Source of the DNA: Macrostomum lignano
Taxonomy: Eukaryota
NCBI GenBank assembly: GCA_002269645.1
Contig: NIVC01000396.1
Location: 542,862 to 606,861, forward strand
Reading direction: 5' to 3'
Length of the DNA stretch: 64,000 nucleotides
Made by a program: the position numbers and the translations under genes. A model generated the notes under the pieces. That model worked only from the letters and a program-made list of their open reading frames with translations, searched no databases and was not told the DNA's origin. Below are positions 23,555 through 36,000 of the stretch, one piece after another (position 1 is the first letter of the stretch; each line of letters opens with the position of its first letter).

Positions 23555-24140
23555 TAGATGGGGACAAGTGGATAGGGACAGGTAGATGGGGACAAGTGGA
23601 TAGGGACAGGTAGATGGGGACAAGTGGATAGGGACAGGTAGATGGGGACAAGCGGATAGGGACAGGTAGATGGGGACACGTAGATGGGGACAGGTAGATG
23701 CGGGACAGGTATAGATGGGGAACAGGTAGATGGGGACAGGTAGATGGGGACAGGTAGATGGGGACAGGTAGATGGGGAACAGGTAGATGGGGGACGGGTA
23801 GATGGGGAACAGGTAGATGGGGGACGGGTAGATGGGGAACAGGTAGATGGTGACGGGTAGATGGGGACAGGAAGATGGTGACAGGTAGATGGGGACAGGT
23901 AGATGGTGACGGGTAGATGGGGACAGGTAGATGGTGACGGGTAGATGGGGACAGGTAGATGGTGACGGGTAGATGGTGACGGGTAGATGGGGACAGGTAG
24001 ATGGTGACGGGTAGATGGGGACGGGTAGATGGTGACGGGTAGATGGGGACAGGTAGATGGTGACGGGTAGATGGGGACAGGTAGATGGGGGACGGGTAGA
24101 TGGGGACATGTAGATGGTGACGGGTAGATGGTGGCGGGTA
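23555..24140. repeat. 14-bp G-rich minisatellite (ggacaggtagatgg)n
   Basis: About 40 copies with tgacggg variants and a longer gatagg-containing variant at the left end. Confidence 0.95.
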
Positions 24141-24779
24141 GACAAAAGAGGAAAGCGTGCGTGCCCCATGATTAGTCCAATAGAAAAAGCGAGTCAGAGA
24201 GCGGCGGTCTGCACAGGGATTAAACAAGAGATTATTACAGCCGAGTCAGCCTGACGCCAAGCCAGCCAGACAAAAATATTATTTATTGAAATTAGCGCAC
24301 AACTTCAATGGGAAGGGGTATTCAACGTTGGACCGCAACAGTGAGCGAAACACAAAAAACCAACGAGCGAAAACACCGGAAAAAATGAGAGTACAGTTGG
24401 GAAATGAATGAATGAGAGGCAGAGCAGCATCGGCATTTTAGCATAAGCTTCACCATAATCTTGGCACCGATTTAAACGTATAAACGCTAAGATAATTAAT
24501 TACACGCTAAGAGATTAACAATTAGCTGAAAATATTTACATTGAATCGTGACGACTATGCAACTTTGTTGAGGCCACTCAGACTGCCGGTGCAGTGCACA
24601 GCCGGGCCTCGACCAGCTGCCCTTTCATTGCTTTTGTTTCTCTTTTGTTTCTAGCTAGTAGCTAGAAGTTTAAAATAGAAAAAAGCGGATGAGAAATCAA
24701 AACTCATTCTGTCTGCAACGAAGGTCAAAAAGATTTATTGGAATTGATAGCAGGCAAGTAGGAAAGAGACAGCCGGGCG

Positions 24780-24812
24780 GAGAAAGACAGACAGACAAAC
24801 AGACAGACGCTA

Positions 24813-24845
<33 letters not shown>

Positions 24846-24848
24846 CTA

Positions 24849-24891
<43 letters not shown>

Positions 24892-24984
24892 TAGACAGAC
24901 ACTTGAGACAGACAGACAAGACAGACAGACAGACAGACACTGAGACAGAGACCAAGACAGACAGACAAGACAGACAGACAGACA

Positions 24985-25033
<49 letters not shown>

Positions 25034-25036
25034 CTA

Positions 25037-25067
<31 letters not shown>

Positions 25068-25074
25068 GAGACAT

Positions 25075-25113
<39 letters not shown>

Positions 25114-25116
25114 CTA

Positions 25117-25151
<35 letters not shown>

Positions 25152-25255
25152 GAGACATACAGACAGACAGACAGATAGACAGACACTTGAGACAGACAGA
25201 CAAGACAGACAGACAGACAGACAGACACTGAGACAGAGACCAAGACAGACAGACA

Positions 25256-25306
<51 letters not shown>

Positions 25307-25365
25307 AACTAAGACAGACACTAAGACAGACAGACAGATAGACAGACACTGAGACAGACAATCTG
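24780..25365. repeat. (GACA)n microsatellite with CACTAAGA interruptions
   Basis: Reverse complement of the TCTG/TCTTAGTG family. Internal duplication at 24891 vs ~25175. Confidence 0.97.
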
Positions 25366-25667
25366 AGAGGTCAGAAAATACAGACGGGACCCACAATCCC
25401 ACAAAACTACATCCTTTTAACAGCAGCGCTGGAGCTGGCGCATGCTGACCTTCAACATGGGCAAACGCAGCATGCAGATACTGTAGGGTTAAAGGGGAAT
25501 TATCGATATAAAAAATAAACATAGATTAGTAAAAACCAATGAAAGAATGGCCTGGCCGCACGGGCTCAGTGCAGGAAGAAAAGGACATTAAATGGAGCAT
25601 CAAATCCAGCATTCAGTCAGCAGTCCTCAGCGCAGTCGATCACTGCTAAACTGTCAGTGTCGCAGAT

Positions 25668-28600
25668 TTATTGGCCTTGCGCTTTGCGAAATCTTGGCGG
25701 CAGTTCTCGATTGCTGTTGTGAAAAGTGCGCGGTCCTCCGCCACCGCCGCCGCCACCGCCGCCGCCGTATCTTCCAGATCGACCGCCTACGCCTCCGCCA
25801 GCAGGGAATCTTCGACCGCCGCCGCCGCCGCCGCCTCCTCCTCCGCCGCCGCAGTTGTTCCTCCGCTGAAACCGATGCTGTTGGTTCCGGTTGCGGTTCC
25901 GGTTACGCACAACTTCCGTAAATTCGTCCTTGACACCGTGGAATGACTTGTTGTCGTAATAGTCGGCATCGAATTGCAGCGACATGTCGTCGTCTTCAAA
26001 TGTGGCGCCCTGCTGCTGCTGCTGCGCGCCGGGCCTTGCGGTACGGCGCCAACGCCAGCCGCCTGCTGCTGGGCAGCCTCTGGAGGAGCGGCAAAGCCCT
26101 GCTGGCTGAAGCTGAAATTCTTCGGCAAGTGTTGAGCAAAGTAGCGAACGAACTTTTCGTGAAATTTGCCCTTCAACTGGCCGAGGCTCCTGTTGTGCAC
26201 GTTGAAGCGCTCCCACACCAGCTTGTCGATGTCAGTGTCGATTGTCTTGTCCAGTCGGTCGATGTCCGACTTTAGCTGGGTTCGGCGCGTCTGCAGAACT
26301 TCTAGCAGGACGTCGCCTCCGCCACCGCCACCACCTTCGCCTTCGCGGCCGTCGTCGCTAACTTCGCCGACACCGGACCTGGTCTTCAAGATTTGCTCAA
26401 TCTCGTCAATTTTTGCCTCCCAGTGACGCTGCTTGTCCAGGAAGTCCGCGATGAAGGTGGAAAATCGTTTGAATGCGTTCAGGCGTTGCAGGTGATTATC
26501 CGAGGACAGGTGGGCGGACACCGATGGCAGTTTGACCTGCGGACGCGGGGTCAGGTAGGGCGCAATAAATACAAGGCATGCCACTTGCACACTGGCTTCA
26601 CCAATAACAGCGGTATTGTGGGTGAGCGAGCGACTGAGCGTGCTCAGGTTCGACTCCTGAATCTGGGGACAGGTTTGAAAAGCAGGGATTCTAACCGATG
26701 GGAGCTCACACTGGTTCCCAGAACGGGATTCGAACTCGGGTCCTCTAAATGAAATTCTAACCAATAGGAGCTCACACCGGTTCCCAAAACGGGATTCGAA
26801 CCTGGGTCGTCTAAATGAAATTCTAACCAATAGGAGCTCACACCGGTTCCCAAAACGGGATTCGAATCCGGGTCGTCTAAATGAAATTCTAACCAATAGG
26901 AGCTCACACCGGTTCCCAGAACGGGATTCGAACTCGGGTCGTCTAAATGAAATTCTAACCAATAGGAGCTCACACCGGTTCTCAGAACGGGATTCGAACT
27001 CGGGTCCTCTAAATGAAATTCTAACCAATAGGAGCTCACACCGGTTCCCAAAACGGGATTCGAACCTGGGTCGTCTAAATGAAATTCTAACCAATAGGAG
27101 CTCACACCGGTTCCCAAAACGGGATTCGAATCCGGGTCGTCTAAATGAAATTCTAACCAATAGGAGCTCACACCGGTTCCCAGAACGGGATTCGAACTCG
27201 GGTCGTCTAAATGAAATTCTAACCAATAGGAGCTCACACCGGTTCTCAGAACGGGATTCGAACTCGGGTCCTCTAAATGAAATTCTAATCAATAGGAGCT
27301 CACACCGGTTCCCAAAACGGGATTCGAACCTGGGTCGTCTAAATGAAATTCTAACCAATAGGAGCTCACACCGGTTCCCAGAACGGGATTCGAACCCGGG
27401 TCGTCTAAATGAAATTCTAACCGATGGGAGCTCACACCGGTTCCGAGAACGGATTCGAACTCGGGTCCTCTAAATGAAATTCTAACCAATAGGAGCTCAC
27501 ACCGGGTCCTCTAAATGAAATTCTGACCAATGGGAGCTCACACTGGCTCCCTGACCGGGATTCGAACCCGGGTCCTCTAAATGAAATTCTGACCTATGGG
27601 AGCTGACACCTGTTCCCTGACGGGGATTCGAACCCGGGTCCACTAAATGAAATTCTGACCAATGGGAGCTGACACCGGTCCCCTGACCAAGAGTCGAACC
27701 CGGGACCCTGGGCGACAACCGGGAATCCTAGTCGCTAGAGGCTCACAAATGGCGTATCTGCAGTGCCCCCCCCCCTCTGATCAGCCAACAGAACCAGCCT
27801 ACCTGCAAGCCGAAGCCGGTAGACGCCTGCGGCAGGTCCAATTCGACGTCCTCGTCGCGCAGCAGCTGCATGCCGCAGATGCCGCAGTAATCTTCAGTCG
27901 GCACAAATGGCCGCAGCTTCTCCGGCAGGCTGTCCGGCTCCAGCGCCGGCTGCCGGGCGGCCTGAGCGGCAACGGCGGCGGCTCGCTGGCTCCGGTTGAT
28001 GAGGCTGTCGCGCAGTTTGAAAAGCCGGTCCCCGTAGCCGGACGGCAGATGATTGTCGCAGAAGTAGTCCATGTCTACTAGGAACTCGCCGATAGCCGGC
28101 AGAATCACCGGATGTCGGGTTTCGTACAGCGGCCTGGCCGGGTAGACATTGGAGATGTACATGATGACGTAATCGTTGTACTTGAAGCGGCCCTCCATGC
28201 GCTGCACATAGTTGCGGGTGGCGGTGGCCCGCTGGGAGTCGTCGCGCAGCCGGTTGGACCGGCTCATGCTGTGCTGGTGCAGCAGACGGCCGAAGCGCAG
28301 CAGGTAGCCGGCCGCCATGGTCATGTCGCGGAACTCCTCGGGTGTCTCGTATCTGCCGCCGTGCTTGTAGGCGCACTGATTCGAGCTGACCTCGATGCTC
28401 AGCGCCTTGGAGCAGGCGTTGTCACCCTGGCACTGGCTGGGGCAGTAGGCTCGGCTCAGGGCGTCCTCTTTCAGGAACATGAACAGCAGAGGCAGGGCAT
28501 CGCTGATGAGATTCTCGCAGAACATTGACACGCTGCTGTTCACCTCCTGGCGTGCGGACAATTGCGGGGAAGGAGATGGACTGATTGACTGTGTATCTAC

Positions 28601-28714
28601 CGCTAGATAAGATGTAGTAAAGCTGCCCAACCATTAACCAAACGGACTGACCTCGATTGACACGACAAATTGATTAAAACTGTCTGTCTGTCTGTCTGTC
28701 TTAGTGTCTATCTA

Positions 28715-28761
<47 letters not shown>

Positions 28762-28764
28762 GTC

Positions 28765-28795
<31 letters not shown>

Positions 28796-28822
28796 GTCTC
28801 TGTCTGTCTGTCTGTCTATCTA

Positions 28823-28869
<47 letters not shown>

Positions 28870-28914
28870 GTCTCTGTCTGTCTGTCTTAGTGTCTGTCTG
28901 TCTGTCTGTCTTAG

Positions 28915-28951
<37 letters not shown>

Positions 28952-28955
28952 GCGA

Positions 28956-28991
<36 letters not shown>

Positions 28992-29055
28992 TAGTGTCTG
29001 TCTGTCTGTCTGTCTGTCTTAGTGTCTGTCTGTCTGTCTGTCTGTCTGTCTGCGA

Positions 29056-29127
<72 letters not shown>

Positions 29128-29193
29128 TAGTGTGTCTGTCTGTCTGTCTTAGTGTCTTAGTGTCTGTCTGTCTGTCTGTCTGTCTGTCTGCGA

Positions 29194-29245
<52 letters not shown>

Positions 29246-29322
29246 TAGTGTGTCTGTCTGTCTGTCTTAGTGTCTTAGTGTCTGTCTGTCTGTCTGTTTG
29301 TCTTAGTGTCTGTCTGTCTTAG

Positions 29323-29367
<45 letters not shown>

Positions 29368-29371
29368 GCGA

Positions 29372-29435
<64 letters not shown>

Positions 29436-29613
29436 GTCTCTGTCTGTCTGTCTATCTGTCTGTCTGTCTGTCTGCCTGTCTTAAGTGTCTGTATGTCTGT
29501 CTGTCTTAGTGTCTGTCTGTCTGTCTTAGTGTGTCTGTCTGTCTGTCTGTCTGGCTGTCTGTCTGTCTGTCTTAGTGTCTTAGTGTGTCTGTCTGTCTTA
29601 GTGTCTGTCTTAG

Positions 29614-29682
<69 letters not shown>

Positions 29683-29841
29683 TAAGTGTCTGTATGTCTG
29701 TCTGTCTGTCTGTCTGTCTGTCTTAAGTGTCTGTATGTCTGTCTGTCTGTCTTAGTGTGTCTGTCTGTCTGTCTGTCTGTCTGTGTGTATGTCTTAGTGT
29801 CTTAGTGTCTTAGTGTCTGTCTGTCTGTCTGTCTGTCTTAG

Positions 29842-29898
<57 letters not shown>

Positions 29899-29903
29899 GA
29901 CTA

Positions 29904-29984
<81 letters not shown>

Positions 29985-29985
29985 A

Positions 29986-30070
<85 letters not shown>

Positions 30071-33000
30071 TAGTGAGTGAGCCAGTCAGGCACTTACGGA
30101 TCTGGCCACACTATTTATTTTTTGCGGCCGGCCGGCAAGAGAGAGCAGCCGCCTGGCCTGCGGGTAGCCGGCAGGCCGCAGCTGCAGGTCCATGAGGCGG
30201 GACTTCTCAGTGAGCCCCAGGAAGCGATAGGTGCGCTGGATGACGCTAAGGTTGGGGTTTTTGCAGCGATCACTGAAATTGATGATGAGTTCGCCCAGCA
30301 TCCGCAGCGGCAGCAGCAGCTCGCGCATCCACACGGACCGAGTGGCCGGATCCTCGCCGAGGATGCTGCTGTCCTGGCAGACGATATTCAAGATGAACAC
30401 CAGGCCGATCTCGCAGTTCATCTGGCGCATCTGCACGAAGGCCTGCTGCAGGCACCGGATGTCCCGGGTCGCGTCGCCCAGCAGAAGTCGGCAATAGGCG
30501 GCGTCCTGGTGAGCGGCCACCAGCTCGGCCTTGCCGACGGCCGTCCGCAGAGCCTCCCGGGCCTTGTCTTGAGCCTCCTGGTTCCGCTTTCTATCCCAGT
30601 GCGAGTAAGCCTTCTCAGCCAGAGCTGTGGCGCACTGCGATAGAAGCTGCTCATCGTCGGCCTGCGGGAGTGCAAACGGCTCGGCTGAATGAACCACCGT
30701 CCAGCATTTTGTAATTCCCCACCCTCCAGCATTGTAATTCCCCACCTTGTAGCATCGAGAATTCCCAACCCTCCAGCATAAAGAATTCCCCACCATGTAG
30801 CATCGAGAATTCCCCACCCTCCAGCATAAAGAATTCCCCACCTTGTAGCATCGAGAATTCCCCACCTTGTAGCATCGAGAATTCCCCACCTTGTAGCATC
30901 GAGAATTCCCCACCTTGTAGCATCGAGAATTCCCCACCTTGTAGCATCCAGAATGCTCCACCTTCTAGCATCTAGAATTTCCCACCCTCCAGTATAGAGA
31001 ATTCCCCACCCCCAGCATCGAGAATTCCCCACCCTCCAGCATCAGAATTCCCCACCCTTCAGCATCGGATTCCCCACCATCGAGAATTCCCCACCCCCAG
31101 CATCGAGAATTCCCCACCCTCCAGCATCAGAATTCCCCACCCTTCAGCATCGGATTCCCCACCATCGAGAATTCCCCACCCCCACCATCGAGAATTCCCC
31201 ACCCCCAGCATCGAGAATTCCTCACCATCCAGCATCGAGAATTCCCCACCCTCCAGTATCGAGAATTCCCCACCCTCCAGTATTTTGTAATTCAATGCCC
31301 TCCAGCATTTTGTAACTCCCCACCCTCCAGCATTGTAACTCCCCACCCTCCAGCATTGTAACTCCCCACTATCGAGCATTGTAATTCCCCACCCTCCAGC
31401 ATCGAGAATTCACCACCATCCAGCATCAGAATTCCCCACCCTTCAGAATCGGAATTCCCCACCCTCCAGTATCGAGAATTCCCCACCTTCCAACATTTTG
31501 TAATACCCCACCCTCCAGCATTGTAACTCCCCACTATCCAGCACTGTAATTCCCCACTCTCCGGTATCGAGAATTCCCTATCCTGCAACATCAAGAATTC
31601 CCCACCCTCCAGCATCAAGAATTCCCCAAAATCCAGCATCGAGAATTCCCTACCCTCTAGCATCGAGAATTCCCCACTCTCCAGCATCGAGAATTCCCCA
31701 CCCCACCCTCTAGCATACTTCCCATACTTCTCGTACTTCCCAACCCTCCAGCATCGAGAATGCTCCACCATGTAGCATCGTGAATTCCCCCTCTCCAGCA
31801 TTTACCTCGGAGGCGTACTTCCAGGCCTCCTTGATGTAGCCGTGGTCGTACATAAACACGGCGGCTTCGCGCTTCTGATTCTCGGCAGCGTAGGCCGCCG
31901 CAGCCGACGGCAGCTCTTTGTGCTCAACAAAGAACATGACCCGCTCCTCCAGCGGCAGCGACTGCACCATCTTCTCCAGTTTCTCTTTGTTGTTCTCCCG
32001 CTTGTAGGCCTTGGCGCCGCGCAGCAGGATCACTTTGTCGTCGGGCAGCCTGGCCAGCTCGGCCTCCAGACGGGCGGCGTCGCCGGCGCAGTGCTGCTCG
32101 GCCTCCCGCTTGGCCTGCTGCCGGGCCTCGAACGCCTCAATGTAGAGCCGGTGCTGCAGCAGGTATTTGGCAGCTTGGGCGGCCCGGCCGGACAACTGCA
32201 GCGCCTCGGCTGCCCGGGTGTAGTTCTGCGACTTGTCGAACACCTGCAGTGTCGCATCGAATGGGAAATTAAATTATTGAATCGATTAAAAAATTAGGAT
32301 CAACTGTCTACCAGAATCTTCGCCTACCATCTACCAGAATCATCACCCGCTATCTACCAGAATCATCACGCGCTATCTACCAGAATCATCACCCGCTATC
32401 TACCAGAATCATCATCCGCTAGCTACCAGAATCATCACCCGCTATCTACCAGAATCATCATCTGCTATCTACCAGAATCATCACCCGCTATCTACCAGAA
32501 TCATCATCTGCTATCTACCAGAATCATCACCCGCTATCTACCAGAATCATCATCCGATATCTACCAGAATCATCATCCGCTATCTACCAGAATCATCACC
32601 CGCTATCTACCCGAATCATCACCCGCTATCTACCCGAATCATCACCCGCTATCTAGCAGAATCATCACCCGCTATCTACCAGAATCATCACCCGCTATCT
32701 AGCAGAATCATCACCCGCCATCTACCAGAATCATCATCCGCTATCTACCAGAATCATCATCCGATATCTACCAGAATCATCATCCGCTATCTACCAGAAT
32801 CATCATCAGCTATCATGGGTGTTAGGCCATACACATCTAAAAGTGCAGACATCACACCATGCACGCGCTCACCCTGAACACGCGGTTATATTGGCCCAAC
32901 AGCTGGAACAGGTTTGCCGCTAGCAGAGGCTGCCGGCCGTGCTCAAGACACTTGGCCGCCTGCTCAATCCAGCCGAGTTTCAAATAGATCCTAGCGGCCG

Positions 33001-36000
33001 ATACGAAATCCTCGCGCTGCTGCTTCGGCTCGGTGAGTTTCAGAGCCCGCAAAGCCTTGCCATTAGCTTCGGCCAGCTGTTTGAGATCGGCGTCGCCTGA
33101 CCGATTATAGCACTTGGCGGCCAGGTCGAACAGGCGCCTGCAGTAGAACTCGTGGCCTTTGGCGCGCCACTGCTCCGGACTGGAGGTGGCGGCGAAACCG
33201 TCGGCGCATTCCAGCGACAGCTCAAGCGACTCGCTGCCCGTGGCAACCACGTTAACGACCTTGAGGTGGGCGTCAAAGTGTATTGTATTTTTAATAGAGA
33301 ATTTCAGGCCGAGTAAAGGACACTACACTGACAAATTGGTTGTTGTAGCCAGCTTCCAGCCCAGGGACCTCTGTAGTTTGCGCCTCGGTAGCTGGTTGTG
33401 CCCTCCTCTGTAGCTGGTTGTGCCCTCCTCTGTAGCTGGTTGTGAACCCTCTGTAGCAGGCTGTGCCCCCTCTGTAGCTGGTTGTGCCCCCTCTGTAGCT
33501 GGTTGTGCCCTCCTCTGTAGCTGGTTGTGAACCCTCTGTAGCAGGCTGTGCCCCCTCTGTAGCTGGTTGTGCCCCCTCTGTAGCTGGTTGTGCCCTCCTC
33601 TGTAGCTGGTTGTGAACCCTCTGTAGCTGGTTGTGCCCCCTCTGTAGCTGGTTGTGCCCCCCTCCGTAGCTGGTTGTGCCCCCTCCGTAGCTGGATGTGC
33701 CCCCTCTGTAGCTGGTTGTGAACCCTCTGTAGCAGGTTGTGCCCCCTCTGTAGCTGGTTGTGCCCCCCCCTCTGTAGCTGATTGTGCCCCCCTCCGTAGC
33801 TGGTTGTGCCCCCTCCGTAGCTGGATGTGCCCCCTCTGTAGCTGGTTGTGAACCCTCTGTAGCAGGTTGTGCCCCCTCTGTAGCTGGTTGTGCCCCCCCC
33901 CCCTCTGTAGCTGATTGTGCCCCCTCTGTAGCCTATCTGAGCGCAGGCACATACGGGCTGGAGCTAACCTGCATAGTTTTGAAGAACTCAAACATCGGCT
34001 TGCGAACTTCAACATCTTCGTCAAAAATCCACACGTTCACTCTGGCCCTGGTGACCGCCGTGTACAGGTGCTTGAGCACGCTATTAAGTATCTTGTGCTC
34101 GCCGGCGCTGAACTCAATTGGCCGGCTGGACCGCTTGGCGTACTCTGCAAGGTCCAGCTGCTTCAGCAGGGCGCCGGGCGTAGCGGCGGTGCTGCCGCCC
34201 GCTCCATTGGTGGAGGCCGCCTCGCTGACTAAGTCGCGCAGAACTGCGCTTGCAACCCGCCAATCCTGTGAAGGGTTGTGGGAAATAGATTTATTGGGTA
34301 GAGCGGGTAGATTTATTAGGTAGAGCGGGTAGATTTATTTGGGTAGAGCGGGTAGATTTATTTGGGTAGAGCGGGTACATTAATTTAGCTAGAGCGGGTA
34401 GATTAATTTGGGTAGAGCGGGTAGATTAATTTGGGTAGAGCGGGTAGACTAATTTTGGGTAGAGCGGGTAGACCTATTTGGGTAGAGCGGGTAAATTAAT
34501 TTGGCTAGAGCGGGTAGATTAATTTGGGTAGAGCGGGTAGACTAATTTGGGTAGAGCGGGTAGACTAATTTGGGTAGAGCGGGTAGACCTATTTGGGTAG
34601 AGCGGGTAAATTAATTTGGCTAGAGCGGGTAGATTAATTTGGTAGAGCGGGTAGATTTATTAGGTAGAGCGGGTAGACTAATTTAGGTAGAGCGGGTAGA
34701 CTAATTTGGGTAGAGCGGGTAGACTTATTTGGGTAGAGCGGATAGATTACAATGAGTGAAGGAAAACCTTTGAGAGTAAGTAAGTGTTTCGTAGGTAGAG
34801 AACAATATCTAATCTAACCTTTTCACTGGCGGGCGAGTCCTTGAAGAAGTTGTACAGCAGCACGTCATCAAATTCGAGGCCTTTGGACTCGTACACGGTG
34901 AGCACCAGGGCGATGGACAGCTCGGGCACATTCTCAACCAGATAGCGCCTGGCCTCATCGCTGGCCACAATAATAGCCTGATGGGCGCCAAAGTCGATGT
35001 GCGCGTTGCTCTTGCGCCTGGCGCCCTGCAGCAGGAAGGCCAAGTCGGTGGCAGAGCAGGACTCAATAAGCACGGGCTTGGGCCCGGGGAACAGGCCCAT
35101 GTCCGGCTCAAGCGGGTCGAACGTGCTGGGGAACAGGCGGCCCAGCAGCAGGATAACGCAGGAGGCCAGGCCCAGAATGCCCGAGTGGCTTCTGTAGTTG
35201 TGCGTCAGCACCTGCAGCCCGTCCGGCATGCGTAGCGCCCCGGTGGCGCCCTGCGACTGCAGGCCCCGCCTAGCGTGATGGAACAGAGTCTTCAAGTCGG
35301 TGAATCGGAACGACACGCCACGCATGATGCTCTGCGCGGTGTCGCCGGTGAAGAACATCCTGTTGGGGTCCTGGCAGCAGCGGAGCAGGAGGCTCAGCTC
35401 GGCCTGAGTGAAGTCCTGCGTCTCGTCAACAAAGATCGCGTGCAGAGCCCAGTCCTCTTCGGGCGACGGAGCGGCTGACTCGGCCAGCCAGACGGTCTGG
35501 CGGCGGTACAGACAGGCCACCAAGTCGTTCATGTCGAACAGTCCCAGGTCACGCAGCAGGCGCTGGTACTCTTCAAACAGTCGGTAAACTCGTTCGCGCG
35601 AATCGGCAAACTCGGGCGCGCGTTTCTTGCCGAGCTCGCGGTACTTGGCCAGCGACAGGAAGCCGCCTGGCGAGTTCAAGGCCTCCACAGAGCCTTTGAT
35701 GAAGGACACCAGCTCTGTCCAAACCAGGCTGGGCTGCAGACCCGAGCGCAGCTTGCTGGGCAGCTTCTCCCACAGGCTGGTTGAGAACAACTCGTAGGTG
35801 ACCTCGCGCCGCCTGTCCTCCAGCTGCTGCGGCGCCGGATTCTGCTGATCCGCGTTGGCGCCGCCCGCTCCGGCAACGTCGGCACCGCCTTCGACGCCGC
35901 CGCCATCGGCGTTGCCGTCATCGTAGTAGTTGGCCGCGTCAAACAGATCGTCGGCGGTGGAGTCCAGCAGGAACTCGATGTCCGCCTCCTCATCCTCCCA

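Noticed and set aside
25787-27358. 523-aa ORF running from the intron-16 repeat into exon 17
   Set aside because: The repeat unit is a multiple of 3 and happens to be stop-free. There is a good acceptor at 26537, and an in-frame stop at 27743 blocks full intron retention.
26680-27720. Functional tRNA gene cluster
   Set aside because: The 60-bp units lack an anticodon arm and a complete acceptor stem.
17141-30073. Many (VCLS)n / (QTDR)n ORFs
   Set aside because: Translations of the (TCTG)n microsatellites.
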